A stretch of 64,000 bases of DNA, from IMG/VR virus record IMGVR_UViG_3300032360_000001, positions 1 through 64,000 of that record. One strand, 5' to 3'. The DNA is from a virus. A program made the position numbers and the translations under genes. Each line of letters begins with the position of its first letter. Position 1 is the stretch's first letter. The notes under the pieces were generated by a model. That model was not told the DNA's origin and did not search any database. It saw nothing but the letters and a program-made list of their open reading frames with translations. Of this stretch, positions 55,060-64,000 are shown piece after piece.

Positions 55060-55298
55060 TCTGAGCCGTTAATTATTTCTAAAAATTCTTGGTGAGAATA
55101 CTCTTTTCTTCCTATCAAATCTTTTGTAATTTCAAATATAAAGTTGGGCTGCTCTCCCTTGTATTTTACAAATGTTTTGCTCCGGTCTATAGAATACCTC
55201 ATTGTTGATGGGCTGCTTTGCAGGACATCTGCGAAATCGATATAGTCTATTTCATCCGCGTCTAGTATAACATATTTTACGTCTTCTCTTAATCTCAT
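55047..55298 (-). CDS. Small phage protein, possibly an accessory of the LamG/fibre genes
   Basis: 83-aa ORF (IDFADVLQSSPSTMRYSIDRSKTFVKY...EYSHQEFLEIINGSEW) overlapping the next gene. Confidence 0.65.
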   Translation of the reverse strand: MRLREDVKYVILDADEIDYIDFADVLQSSPSTMRYSIDRSKTFVKYKGEQPNFIFEITKDLIGRKEYSHQEFLEIINGSEWTL

Positions 55299-55314
55299 TG
55301 TGTTTTTCTTTTAT

Positions 55315-56364
55315 TTAATGATTTGGGTGATTTGGGCCAATAGCGCCGCCTTGACGCCATGGGTAATATATATGATTTAGTGCTAAGTAGTTTTGTCTTA
55401 ATTCTGAGTGTTTTAGGGCTCTATCATAAACTAAAATGTGACCGACCCCGCCGTTTAGCGCGTAGTTTACCGACCCCAAGAAACCTTCATACTCTTCCGC
55501 CATCGCCATGGCGATTATCGACTGCGTTCCGCCAATAACCCCGGCAGGAACCATTTCTCCTCCGTGATTTGTGCCGGCTTGACAATTCGATCCCGGAATT
55601 AACCTTTGATAAACTCCATTTACATACAAAGTAATTCTATCCTTGTCCTGATAGGAACTTTCACCCTCGCCTATGATATTCCCCGTTTCTTTCACTAATG
55701 AAAACATATACCATTTATTAAACTCAAGCTTCTGTCCGATTGAACGGCGAGCACTAAACATTGGCATCGAGAATTGTAACGGGTCTCCGCAGAAGAGGGC
55801 AATTCTCATGCCTTGGGAGTCATTGTCCTCCATGATTCCAACTGAGCATCCGCCGTTGGAGTAGTCGTTCATGGCACCAACCCCAATGAGACCCTGCTGT
55901 CTTACACACGCCCCCTTGGACCCCGGGAATGAGCTTGTGAAACCCCAGATATTTAAGGTAAAATCACCTGCCGCGTTAAGCGTGAAATTATCTGAATACC
56001 CCCCATCGCATTGGTGTAAATGATTATCGATTCCATCCCCTACCATATACCCTTCGGAGGTAGTCGTCGGTCCTTCAAAATCGGGTGCCCCAGATTCTCC
56101 AGCTGGCGTCGTCTCCATGCTAATAAGACATAAATCCTCTCCCCCCTCCACTAAATTCTCGTATACATCTCCCCCATTTGAATCGTCGTAAGAATCGCTA
56201 TTGTTCGGGTCAAAGTGGCCAATAAGATTTTTGCTTATGAGCCCTCCGCTATCTCCACCTTCGCCTACGCTTTTTGGCCTGAACCAATCGTCAGAGACAA
56301 TTGAGCTAGACTTCTGCCCCAGTGCTCGTAACCAAGCAGTGCTTTTCCAATCTGTTATATGCAT
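55315..56364 (-). CDS. LamG/concanavalin-A-like lectin domain protein
   Basis: LIGHFDPNNSDSY, GDGIDNH, FTLNIW, KWYMFSLV, ITLYVNG, GHILVYDRALKHSELRQNY. Confidence 0.85.
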   Translation of the reverse strand: MHITDWKSTAWLRALGQKSSSIVSDDWFRPKSVGEGGDSGGLISKNLIGHFDPNNSDSYDDSNGGDVYENLVEGGEDLCLISMETTPAGESGAPDFEGPTTTSEGYMVGDGIDNHLHQCDGGYSDNFTLNAAGDFTLNIWGFTSSFPGSKGACVRQQGLIGVGAMNDYSNGGCSVGIMEDNDSQGMRIALFCGDPLQFSMPMFSARRSIGQKLEFNKWYMFSLVKETGNIIGEGESSYQDKDRITLYVNGVYQRLIPGSNCQAGTNHGGEMVPAGVIGGTQSIIAMAMAEEYEGFLGSVNYALNGGVGHILVYDRALKHSELRQNYLALNHIYYPWRQGGAIGPNHPNH

Positions 56365-56366
56365 CC

Positions 56367-57314
56367 TTAATCCTGTATCCCGTATGCCGCTAAGACCCCG
56401 CTTGGAAGCGTATTGTGCTCATGAGGAGAAATCCCCGGGCCCCCTGTACCAAAGCAAGTAAAAACAAGCATGCCTGTTTTCCCAGAGTGAAAAGCTACAG
56501 GTTTTTCTCCTATGAATGAGAATTCATTCATGAAGCTCACGTTGTTACCCGTTGGACAGGTCACCATTATCGTGGCTGCTGCGCCAGTTGTAAACCCGGA
56601 CATATTAAATCCAGTTATATCTCCCGTCACCATCATCTGTGAAAACGAGTGCTCAAAGCTTCCCGTAAATCCGCTTTGTTCAATCATGCCAATTCCGCTA
56701 TCTTCCGAATTTGTTCCTCCGCTATAAATATGGTGACCCGTGTAGCCACCACCCCCTCCGCCGCCTCCGCCACCCCCGGCGCTGGCGCTATTATTTCCGC
56801 TTATAATTAATCTGCCCGTGTCACCTGTGATAATAATATTTCCGGCACCACTTAGGCTTCTGAATCGAAAAATACTTGTTCCATCTTCCGTTACGCCTAT
56901 ACCGCTGAATACGCCGCTTAGGCCCGTGGCCGAGTCATCAGTGCCTATATTGTGTCCCGTTGGAGATGGTTTTCCGGTGAAGTCTATCACCAAATCTCCT
57001 GTGTAGCCAGTAATCTGTATACCGCTACCACCCACCATTGATTTAAAAAGAAAAGTATTCTGAACTTTCACTATGAATAGCCCTGAGCCGCTTACGCCAT
57101 CGCCGCTCACATTCCTCACCTCCGCCAGCTGGTTTGTGGAGGCAATGTCGCCGCTAATCATAAACCTATCTCCCTCCGAAGAAATAAATATTCCGTCCCC
57201 CGGGCTTCCTATTTTGAAAATATTCTCATAATCAGTATGAGCTCCGCCTTGTTCCCATCCTGATGTGCTTATTTGTTTTACAAATATTTGCTTATTTTTC
57301 TTTCCTAGATCCAT
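56367..57314 (-). CDS. Gly-rich short fibre/spike protein
   Basis: Two FKSMVGGSGIQIT / FRSLSGAGNIIIT fibre motifs and a poly-Gly linker; C-terminal domain shared with the 1750-aa fibre. Confidence 0.7.
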   Translation of the reverse strand: MDLGKKNKQIFVKQISTSGWEQGGAHTDYENIFKIGSPGDGIFISSEGDRFMISGDIASTNQLAEVRNVSGDGVSGSGLFIVKVQNTFLFKSMVGGSGIQITGYTGDLVIDFTGKPSPTGHNIGTDDSATGLSGVFSGIGVTEDGTSIFRFRSLSGAGNIIITGDTGRLIISGNNSASAGGGGGGGGGGGYTGHHIYSGGTNSEDSGIGMIEQSGFTGSFEHSFSQMMVTGDITGFNMSGFTTGAAATIMVTCPTGNNVSFMNEFSFIGEKPVAFHSGKTGMLVFTCFGTGGPGISPHEHNTLPSGVLAAYGIQD

Positions 57315-57362
57315 CTTCTTCTTCTTATTTTAGATATTAAATTGCGTTCTTGCTAATTATTT

Positions 57363-58361
57363 TTAGATAGTAAAGGTATCATTCGGGTCTTCTACAAAGA
57401 ATTGATTTTTTTCCCCGCTGTGCCTGTTGTAGTCTTCTCTTGTCGCTATATAATTTTGTATAATTCTGTTAATTCCTATGTTCCCGCTATATATCATAAT
57501 TTTTCCGAACTTCGCGCCTGATCTAGCATACTCATAGCTCCTTTCAATGACCTCTGCTTCCACTTCGTATTGCGAGTAGCTTGCACCTATGTATATCGGG
57601 GTACTATCGCCGTTTATCTCAAAGGGCCCGTTATCATTCTTAAGGGGTTGGATCTTACCGTCGACGGCCATCGTCCAACTCCTCGCGGCGTTTTCAATGG
57701 TCCTAGTGCCATCTTGTCCATACGCAACGAAATACCACCTCTCTTTTTCTATTGTCTTGAGATATGTTTTGGAAGTTGTTCCCCCCGCATTTTGTCCAAA
57801 GTCGTAATTATATCCCGTCTGAAATGCATACGCTGCGACTCCACCCCAGCTTAAGCTGGGTGACTGTGGCCCGCAGCTAAATATCATACTGCCGCTGCTG
57901 TTCCAAGATTGCTCAGGAAAGTTTACCCACATGCATACCGTCCAAGAACCTGCAAAATTCAAATTAAGGCCTGTCTCTTCGCCGTAGCTAAGCGACTCTG
58001 TGGGCCCCAAATAATCATCTACCCCATCTGCCTCAAAATAACGAGTAAGTCTAAAATCTGCCGAGCCGCTTGTCTCGCTATGGAAACCCGCTCCATTTAC
58101 ATACCCGCTGTTGTAAGACATCCCGTTATGGATAACTAAATGAGGATATTCATCGCTAACAAGATTCTTGTATTCCGCACCTACAACAGTACTTGTATCA
58201 TTTGGGGCAAAATATCCAACTAATTTTGTGCCATCAATTGGCGCTCCCAATTTTCCTCTCTCCGCCCTCCCAAGCCCCGGTAAAGGAGTCCCGTCACCAG
58301 AAAATATTCCTGATGGTATGCTTCCAATAAGCGCGCAATTCCGTGGCTGTGTAGAGAACAT
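57363..58361 (-). CDS. LamG/concanavalin-A-like lectin domain protein, second copy
   Basis: LVGYFAPND, YFEADGVDDYL, WTVCMWV, RWYFVAY, GKIMIYSG...IIQNY. Start moved to the ATG at 58361, just after the upstream stop. Confidence 0.85.
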   Translation of the reverse strand: MFSTQPRNCALIGSIPSGIFSGDGTPLPGLGRAERGKLGAPIDGTKLVGYFAPNDTSTVVGAEYKNLVSDEYPHLVIHNGMSYNSGYVNGAGFHSETSGSADFRLTRYFEADGVDDYLGPTESLSYGEETGLNLNFAGSWTVCMWVNFPEQSWNSSGSMIFSCGPQSPSLSWGGVAAYAFQTGYNYDFGQNAGGTTSKTYLKTIEKERWYFVAYGQDGTRTIENAARSWTMAVDGKIQPLKNDNGPFEINGDSTPIYIGASYSQYEVEAEVIERSYEYARSGAKFGKIMIYSGNIGINRIIQNYIATREDYNRHSGEKNQFFVEDPNDTFTI

Positions 58362-58362
58362 G

Positions 58363-61300
58363 TTAAAGCGTGTAGTCTGATTCGGCCCAATGACACACAC
58401 AAGAGCCGGTAGTACTACCATACGCGGTTATCGTTAACATTCCGACTTTTCCTATTTCTAAGGTATGAGGCTCAATTCCTATAAAGCTAAAATTGTTTCC
58501 GCTTAAGAACCTAAAGTAATTCTCACCCACAGAATAAGCATCTACCGCGGTAACCTGAATCGTTATTGAGCGCCCCGCTTCTATGTTCACCAAGTTAAGT
58601 CCGTGAGCATGGTATGATAAATTAAACTTCTTTAAATTGCTGCCGGCCATATTAATATTGAAACTGGAGCCCCCTGCGCCTATAGCGTATGGATCTGGTG
58701 CCCACCCCGTAGACTTGAATTCACCCAAGTCTTCTACGCATTGATTAACCTGTCCACAGAATGTCAAATCTCCCACGGAGGAGCCAGCGTCATGGACATC
58801 AAATATTGTTTCACCCGCGTCATCTGTTATGCTCAAGCCTGATACGAGGGTCCCAGATTGTCCAGAGAACAAAGTGGTTTGAAGAACTGGTGAGGTTACT
58901 TTAGCGTTGGAAAGAGTTGTTTGTCCTCCCTCTTCGCTTTCGGTTGATATAGATATCTCTCCTTCGCTGGTTGCCCTTAGTGTCGTAGCCTCTGACGCTG
59001 AATCACCAGAGAGCCTTAGGTCAGCTAAGGTATTGGGAGAATAACCCGTTACGGGTGTTCCGCTTAGTGTTACTTCGTTTCCTGTTTTGGGCGCGCTTAT
59101 CCTAAGGTTATGATCGTTATCGAATCCTATATGTACTGCACCGCTCATGCCTACGCCAGACATTACCAAACTGTTATTGTTTAAATATAAACTATTCCAA
59201 TATAAATCAGGAGTACCAAGATCTGCTCCTCCATCCCACTGAGGAGAAAAGTGCATACAATTCTCGTGCAGGAAAATTCCATGGAAAGATGTGTCTACTG
59301 CCGGCGATCCCATGTAATCTGACCATGAACCTAATGTATCATAGTAGCCAGTTGGTGAAGTTATTATCCCATTACCGCCCTCAAACGTCATTGGGTCATA
59401 CGTGCCAACACTTATTTTTGCGGGGGGATGGCCCAACGCACCCGTGACATGTATTCCTCGGGTTTCTAAATTATTAATATACCCGTAGTCCGCGAGAACT
59501 TCGAACCACCATTTACCATTTTCAAAATTTCCGGGCTCGAAGCCTTCTTCGCCTTTATCACCAAGGCTATAAGCTCCGCTTTGGTGGGGAATTAAACTTC
59601 CGCTGGAATAAATGTCTCCCCTCACATCCAGCGTTCCAGACATGCCGGTGAGCAGTTCCCACGCTTGCGTTGAGCCAACCTCCATCCCGAAGAATTCCCC
59701 AACGCCTATTGAGTTAGAACGCGTAAAGCACCCGCAAACCGCTTCGTAAGCCAGCCCTTGCCAAAGCGCATTTGAACCAGACAATGAACCGGGACCAAGG
59801 CGGTCTCCCTCCAGACTCAGGACAATATCGCCACCATGGAATTGAAATGCGCCAGTATATCCTGTGGCCGGAGCTCCTGCGCCGCCACCGCCGCCTTCTC
59901 CAGCAGCGCCTGATCCCCCTGAGGGGCCTGCTGGAACGAAAGAGACTACGGTTTCCCCGGAATGAGTAAACACGCCTCCATCAACATCTCGGACAGTGTT
60001 ACTTGACGAGGATTTCCATGTAACTCCTACGCTATGATGGTAACCATGGTACGCAGGCTCGCCAGTAATCAAAAATGCAGCCCAATTTACATTGACTTTA
60101 TCTCGATGGAATAATTTTAATATGCCTCTATTTGCTACATCACCATAGTTTCCAAAATCATCAAGCCACTGAGAGGCATCTCCCCCGCGATAATTAGTAT
60201 GAGATATATCTATGCCCGACGTATCACGCATATCATCATTCGGGGTCACAAGCTTAAGCCCGCTGGTTCCCGGTCCCTCGGACCAAAGAGCTTCTGAATA
60301 CCCGCTATTAAAATAGAAACTAAAACTATATCCCCCGAAATCTCCGGTTGCTCCCGTTGCTCCCGTAATACCCGCCCCCGTGGCCCCCGTGACCCCTGTA
60401 GCGCCAATGCTCCCTACCTGCCCGGTGGGGCCAGCAGGAACAAAAGAGATCACGGTTTCCCCGGAATGAGTAAACGGGAAGTTCTCCTCCGAAGAGGTTC
60501 TCCATGAAGCTCCTATGTTTACCCAAGGTGCTGACGTTTTGGGCATGTTGTAGCGAACCGTGGGATTACCAGTAATCGTAAATGACATCCAATTTTCATT
60601 TACTTTATCTCTTGTAAATATTTTTAATATACCTCTATTTGTTTCGTCACCATAACTTCCAAAATCTAGAAGCCAACCAGAAACGGCACCTCCGCGATGA
60701 TTAAAATAAGATACATCTATGCCTGTCGTGTCGGGTGGAATAGCTGAGGCGAAGAGCTTAAATCCGCTGTCTCCCGGCCCATCAGCCCAATGAGCCGCTG
60801 TGTACCCGCTGTTATAATAGAAACTGAAACTGTCTCCACCGAAGTCTCCTGTTCCCTGCCCCGCCGCGCCTGTAGCGCCTGTAGCGCCTGTGGGTCCCGC
60901 TACGGTACTATCTGCGCCGGCTGGTCCCTGTATGCCTTGCGGTCCTTGCGGTCCAACTTGCGCATAAGACATTATTACCGGTTCTCCACTAAAAAAGGCT
61001 CCAGTATAGCCAGTGTAGGCCATCCCAGAAGAGACCCCCGTAACGGGTATTATGTTGTACCCTGTTATGTTATTTCCGGTTTGGAACGGGTCTCCCGAGT
61101 GGTGCACGATAGATCCAGTTATTTTATAAACTACAAATTGCGAAGAACCGGTTGCGCTATAGATTCTTAGTCTTCCTTTTATGTCTCCATCTGCATCGTC
61201 ATCAAATGACTGTACCCATCCCGATATATCTATCATATCGATTTGCTGATCGTCTACGTGTATACCTGAAACTTTTAGATAATCTATGCCAGAAGGTAGA

Positions 61301-63615
61301 GCACGATTATGTGGAGCCTGAGCAAAACCTAAGTACCCAGATCCGGGGTCTTGATATCCACTATTTGCATACCCAGAGTTGAACCAGAACATCATGCTGT
61401 CGCCACCAAATTGTCCTGTCGTGCCCGTATGGCCCGTGGCCCCGGTTGCGCCTGTGGCTTGTATATCTAATGGGCCTATATTCCCCGGAAGGTCGGTAAG
61501 AAAATAGACCCCAGTTCCAAACCCGCTTACTCCCGTAATAGATATGCCCGTCGCGCCTGTGACCCCCGTTGCTCCAACTGGTCCCGGATGTCCCGGTGCT
61601 CCGCTAGCTGCTGGCGCAAAACTTACGGACACTTCTTCAAGGTTCGTAAAGGAATCGCTATGAGCTATATAGTGAACATTAAGTTGTTTAGCGCCGCCCA
61701 AGTCGGTGTTGTCTGTTGCTATTCTAAATATGGCCCATTTTTCCGCAGTGCTTGTGTCAAAAATTTTGAATCTTGAGCCTGTTACGTGGTCGAAAGAACT
61801 AATCCAGTCGATTACTGAATCTCCTCCCCTTTCCAGATTGTCAATAATAACCTTCTGGACGTTTGGATAAGTTGTAGTATCAAACCTTATGTTCCCATTT
61901 CCGGGATCGGCAACACTCGTGTCAGTGCTCCAATTAAAATTAAAAGTATCTCCGCCAACAAAGCCTTGGATTCCTTGGTCTCCTTGAATCCCTTGAGACC
62001 CCTGAATGCCTTGGACCCCTTGAGGACCTGTGCTTCCCAGACCTCCCGGCATTCCAGAGATTCCCGTAGTTCCTTGTATGTTTATTGGCCCTAGAACGCC
62101 TCCTCCGGAGACAAAGAAGCTTGTCCCTGTCCCACTGCCACTTACGCCTGTAATGTGCGGCCCTATGGGTCCTACGGCCCCCGTGGCCCCCGTGGCCCCG
62201 CTTGGTCCTTGGATTCCCTGAATTCCTTGGTCACCTTGGTCGCCTTTGTCGCCTTTGTCGCCTTGGGCCCCTTGGGGACCTGTGCTTCCTAGACCTCCCG
62301 GCATTCCAGAGATTCCAGATAAGCCAGATAAGCCAGATGGGCCCTGTATATTTATTGGGCCAAGAGTTCCGCCGCCAGATAATAAAAAGCTTACCCCTGT
62401 TCCGCTCCCGCTTATGCCGGTGATTCCAATACCACTAGTTCCGGCGGCTCCTTGATCTCCCTGATCACCTTGAGCGCCCCCCGGCCCTGTCGGTCCAGTA
62501 TCCCCTTTCGGCCCTTGCGCTGCTGGCGCAAAAGTCATTGCCACTTCTTCGTCTGCGACAAAAAGATCGCTATGGCCTATATAAGTGACATTAATTTGAG
62601 TATAACCGACCTTCGCGGTGTTGTCTGAAACCACCTTGAAAACCGCCCACTTCTCTGCGTCGCTGGAAGAAAAAACTTTTACTCTTGATTGATAAACGTC
62701 ATCTAAGGAATTGACCCAGTCAGATATTGAGTCTCCACCCTTTTCTAAATCATCGACGTATATTTCGGTTGTGCTTGTGGGGCTAGAATTCCCAAATTTT
62801 AAATATCCATTTCCGGGGTCTGCATCTATTGTATCCGTACTAAAATAGAACTGAAAAGTGTCTCCACCGACGAGACCTTGATCTCCTTGACTGCCTTGTG
62901 GTCCCGTTGGTCCCGTACCCCCGGCGTCGCCTTGTGGCCCCGTGTCGCCTTTTAACCCTGATATCCCACTAACGCCTGTTGCACCGCTTGGTCCTTGTAT
63001 GTTTATTGGCCCGAGGATGCCTCCTCCGGAGACAAAGAAGCTTGTCCCTGTCCCACTGCCACTTACGCCTGTAATGTGCGGTCCTATGGGTCCTAAAGCC
63101 CCTACAGCCCCCGTGACCCCCGTGGCCCCGCTTGGACCCTGAATACCTTGGTCGCCTTGGTCGCCTTGGTCACCCTGAACGCCTTGAATGCCCTGTTCCC
63201 CCTGCATTCCAGAAATACCCGAAATGCCAGTAGCCCCAGAAGGGCCCTGAATGCCCTGCATTCCAGAAATACCCGAGGCTCCTGTAGCTCCACTCGGACC
63301 CTGAATGCCTTGGTCGCCTTGGTCACCCTGAGAGCCTTGTTCTCCTTGCATCCCAGAAATACCAGAGACTCCAGTCGCTCCACTTGGACCAACTGGGCCA
63401 GTGCCAGACAGGCCTGATATACCCTGCATACCAGATATGCCAGATGGTCCCGGAGGACCTTGAGGACCAACCATGATAACCTGCGCTTGATCAACCTTGG
63501 CGCTGGTTACCGTAGCAGAAGATGAAGATTGCTCTATGGAAGCGCCTATAGAAGTTGCAGCTTCTACACTTGCACTTGTCTGCGTAAGCTGTACGGATAC
63601 TTCCTTTTGAGCCAT
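58363..63615 (-). CDS. Collagen-like fibre protein, 1750 aa, with five tandem globular domains
   Basis: Long G-X-Y tracts (GDQGDQGIQGPSGATG) alternate with domains that start GG[DY][TS]xxFx[FYW] and end in FAPAA, FVPAG or YAQVG. Confidence 0.88.
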   Translation of the reverse strand: MAQKEVSVQLTQTSASVEAATSIGASIEQSSSSATVTSAKVDQAQVIMVGPQGPPGPSGISGMQGISGLSGTGPVGPSGATGVSGISGMQGEQGSQGDQGDQGIQGPSGATGASGISGMQGIQGPSGATGISGISGMQGEQGIQGVQGDQGDQGDQGIQGPSGATGVTGAVGALGPIGPHITGVSGSGTGTSFFVSGGGILGPINIQGPSGATGVSGISGLKGDTGPQGDAGGTGPTGPQGSQGDQGLVGGDTFQFYFSTDTIDADPGNGYLKFGNSSPTSTTEIYVDDLEKGGDSISDWVNSLDDVYQSRVKVFSSSDAEKWAVFKVVSDNTAKVGYTQINVTYIGHSDLFVADEEVAMTFAPAAQGPKGDTGPTGPGGAQGDQGDQGAAGTSGIGITGISGSGTGVSFLLSGGGTLGPINIQGPSGLSGLSGISGMPGGLGSTGPQGAQGDKGDKGDQGDQGIQGIQGPSGATGATGAVGPIGPHITGVSGSGTGTSFFVSGGGVLGPINIQGTTGISGMPGGLGSTGPQGVQGIQGSQGIQGDQGIQGFVGGDTFNFNWSTDTSVADPGNGNIRFDTTTYPNVQKVIIDNLERGGDSVIDWISSFDHVTGSRFKIFDTSTAEKWAIFRIATDNTDLGGAKQLNVHYIAHSDSFTNLEEVSVSFAPAASGAPGHPGPVGATGVTGATGISITGVSGFGTGVYFLTDLPGNIGPLDIQATGATGATGHTGTTGQFGGDSMMFWFNSGYANSGYQDPGSGYLGFAQAPHNRALPSGIDYLKVSGIHVDDQQIDMIDISGWVQSFDDDADGDIKGRLRIYSATGSSQFVVYKITGSIVHHSGDPFQTGNNITGYNIIPVTGVSSGMAYTGYTGAFFSGEPVIMSYAQVGPQGPQGIQGPAGADSTVAGPTGATGATGAAGQGTGDFGGDSFSFYYNSGYTAAHWADGPGDSGFKLFASAIPPDTTGIDVSYFNHRGGAVSGWLLDFGSYGDETNRGILKIFTRDKVNENWMSFTITGNPTVRYNMPKTSAPWVNIGASWRTSSEENFPFTHSGETVISFVPAGPTGQVGSIGATGVTGATGAGITGATGATGDFGGYSFSFYFNSGYSEALWSEGPGTSGLKLVTPNDDMRDTSGIDISHTNYRGGDASQWLDDFGNYGDVANRGILKLFHRDKVNVNWAAFLITGEPAYHGYHHSVGVTWKSSSSNTVRDVDGGVFTHSGETVVSFVPAGPSGGSGAAGEGGGGGAGAPATGYTGAFQFHGGDIVLSLEGDRLGPGSLSGSNALWQGLAYEAVCGCFTRSNSIGVGEFFGMEVGSTQAWELLTGMSGTLDVRGDIYSSGSLIPHQSGAYSLGDKGEEGFEPGNFENGKWWFEVLADYGYINNLETRGIHVTGALGHPPAKISVGTYDPMTFEGGNGIITSPTGYYDTLGSWSDYMGSPAVDTSFHGIFLHENCMHFSPQWDGGADLGTPDLYWNSLYLNNNSLVMSGVGMSGAVHIGFDNDHNLRISAPKTGNEVTLSGTPVTGYSPNTLADLRLSGDSASEATTLRATSEGEISISTESEEGGQTTLSNAKVTSPVLQTTLFSGQSGTLVSGLSITDDAGETIFDVHDAGSSVGDLTFCGQVNQCVEDLGEFKSTGWAPDPYAIGAGGSSFNINMAGSNLKKFNLSYHAHGLNLVNIEAGRSITIQVTAVDAYSVGENYFRFLSGNNFSFIGIEPHTLEIGKVGMLTITAYGSTTGSCVCHWAESDYTL
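62072..63094. repeat. Near-identical ~100-bp direct repeat pair (~62072-62173 and ~62993-63094) inside the collagen fibre gene
   Basis: Both copies contain CCTCCTCCGGAGACAAAGAAGCTTGTCCCTGTCCCACTGCCACTTACGCCTGTAATGTGCGG. Confidence 0.85.
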
Positions 63616-63625
63616 TTATCGTTCC

Positions 63626-64000
63626 CTACTGTAGTGATATTGTCACTTCTGGAACGACATTGAAATACCCCCTTACCACCTTTTCAGCTTCCCAATCGCC
63701 AGACGCAATAGGAACAGTCCTATATCTTTCGACATCATACACGCCTTGTACCACGGGCACGCCAGAGGTATCGGTTGGCCTGATGTAAACGTCAATAAAC
63801 CCGCTTGCGCCAAGGGTGGCATCAGAGTCGTTTCCAGAAATTACCTTTGGATTTAGATTTAACAGTGTACCAGTGCTTCCATACCCCATTCGGGCAACAC
63901 CCCTCGCTGAATATCCGCTTAAATTTACTGGATTTTCGTCTGAATCTGTGACCTTAAATCTGAGATCTAAAGTGTCTCCCTGCACGAGGGTAATGTCATA
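63626..64000 (-). CDS. BppU-N-like fibre/baseplate attachment protein, 5'-truncated by the window edge
   Basis: Frame stays open past the track's GTG to base 64000 (YDITLVQGDTLDLRFKVTDSDENPVNLSGYSA...GVYDVE...VVRGYFNVVPEVT). Confidence 0.65.
   Translation of the reverse strand, partial: YDITLVQGDTLDLRFKVTDSDENPVNLSGYSARGVARMGYGSTGTLLNLNPKVISGNDSDATLGASGFIDVYIRPTDTSGVPVVQGVYDVERYRTVPIASGDWEAEKVVRGYFNVVPEVTISLQ

Noticed and set aside
58362-58421. Track's longer start for the LamG gene
   Set aside because: Overlaps the upstream fibre's conserved end; the ATG at 58361 follows its stop directly.
59925-63460. Diversity-generating retroelement template/variable repeat pair
   Set aside because: The repeats are in-frame intragenic duplications without adenine-specific mismatches, and no reverse transcriptase is in the window.
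1-64000. Host assignment and alternative genetic code
   Set aside because: ORFs are long and intact in the standard code with all three stop codons used; nothing in the window identifies the host beyond a likely peptidoglycan wall.

Overview
The window is a 64-kb piece of the virion-morphogenesis region of a large tailed phage (siphovirus-type tail, standard genetic code, densely coding). No host genes, rRNA, tRNA, CRISPR or IS elements were seen. Most genes are on the minus strand. Read from right to left they encode: (1) a BppU-like protein, a 1750-aa collagen-like fibre, a LamG lectin, a second fibre and a second LamG; (2) a glycan-modification cluster (glycosyltransferase fusion, three sulfotransferases, radical SAM); (3) head-tail adaptor, stopper, neck and terminator genes; (4) a two-domain major tail tube protein and two paralogous tail chaperones; (5) a 6429-aa tape measure protein (TMP); (6) an inverted plus-strand lambda-like tip block (M, L, K, K, I, J and one more gene); (7) three more tube paralogues and a >2780-aa IPT/LamG/beta-helix fibre that the ORF track missed because it runs off the left edge. 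The most novel feature is the TMP, which looks like a polyprotein. About 15 copies of a short P-x-[FY]-x-x-GG / G-x-IPN-[FY] motif bracket cargo cassettes (HAD phosphatase, PD-(D/E)xK-like nuclease, LysM, PG-binding, SleB-like hydrolase), and the genome carries two apparently intact JAB+NlpC/P60 proteases. Other notable features are a candidate sulfated-glycan virion-decoration system with SG/TG-rich surface proteins and a recurrent GTGTAA promoter-like motif. All function calls come from reading motifs by eye; no database search was run, and domain coordinates inside long ORFs are approximate.
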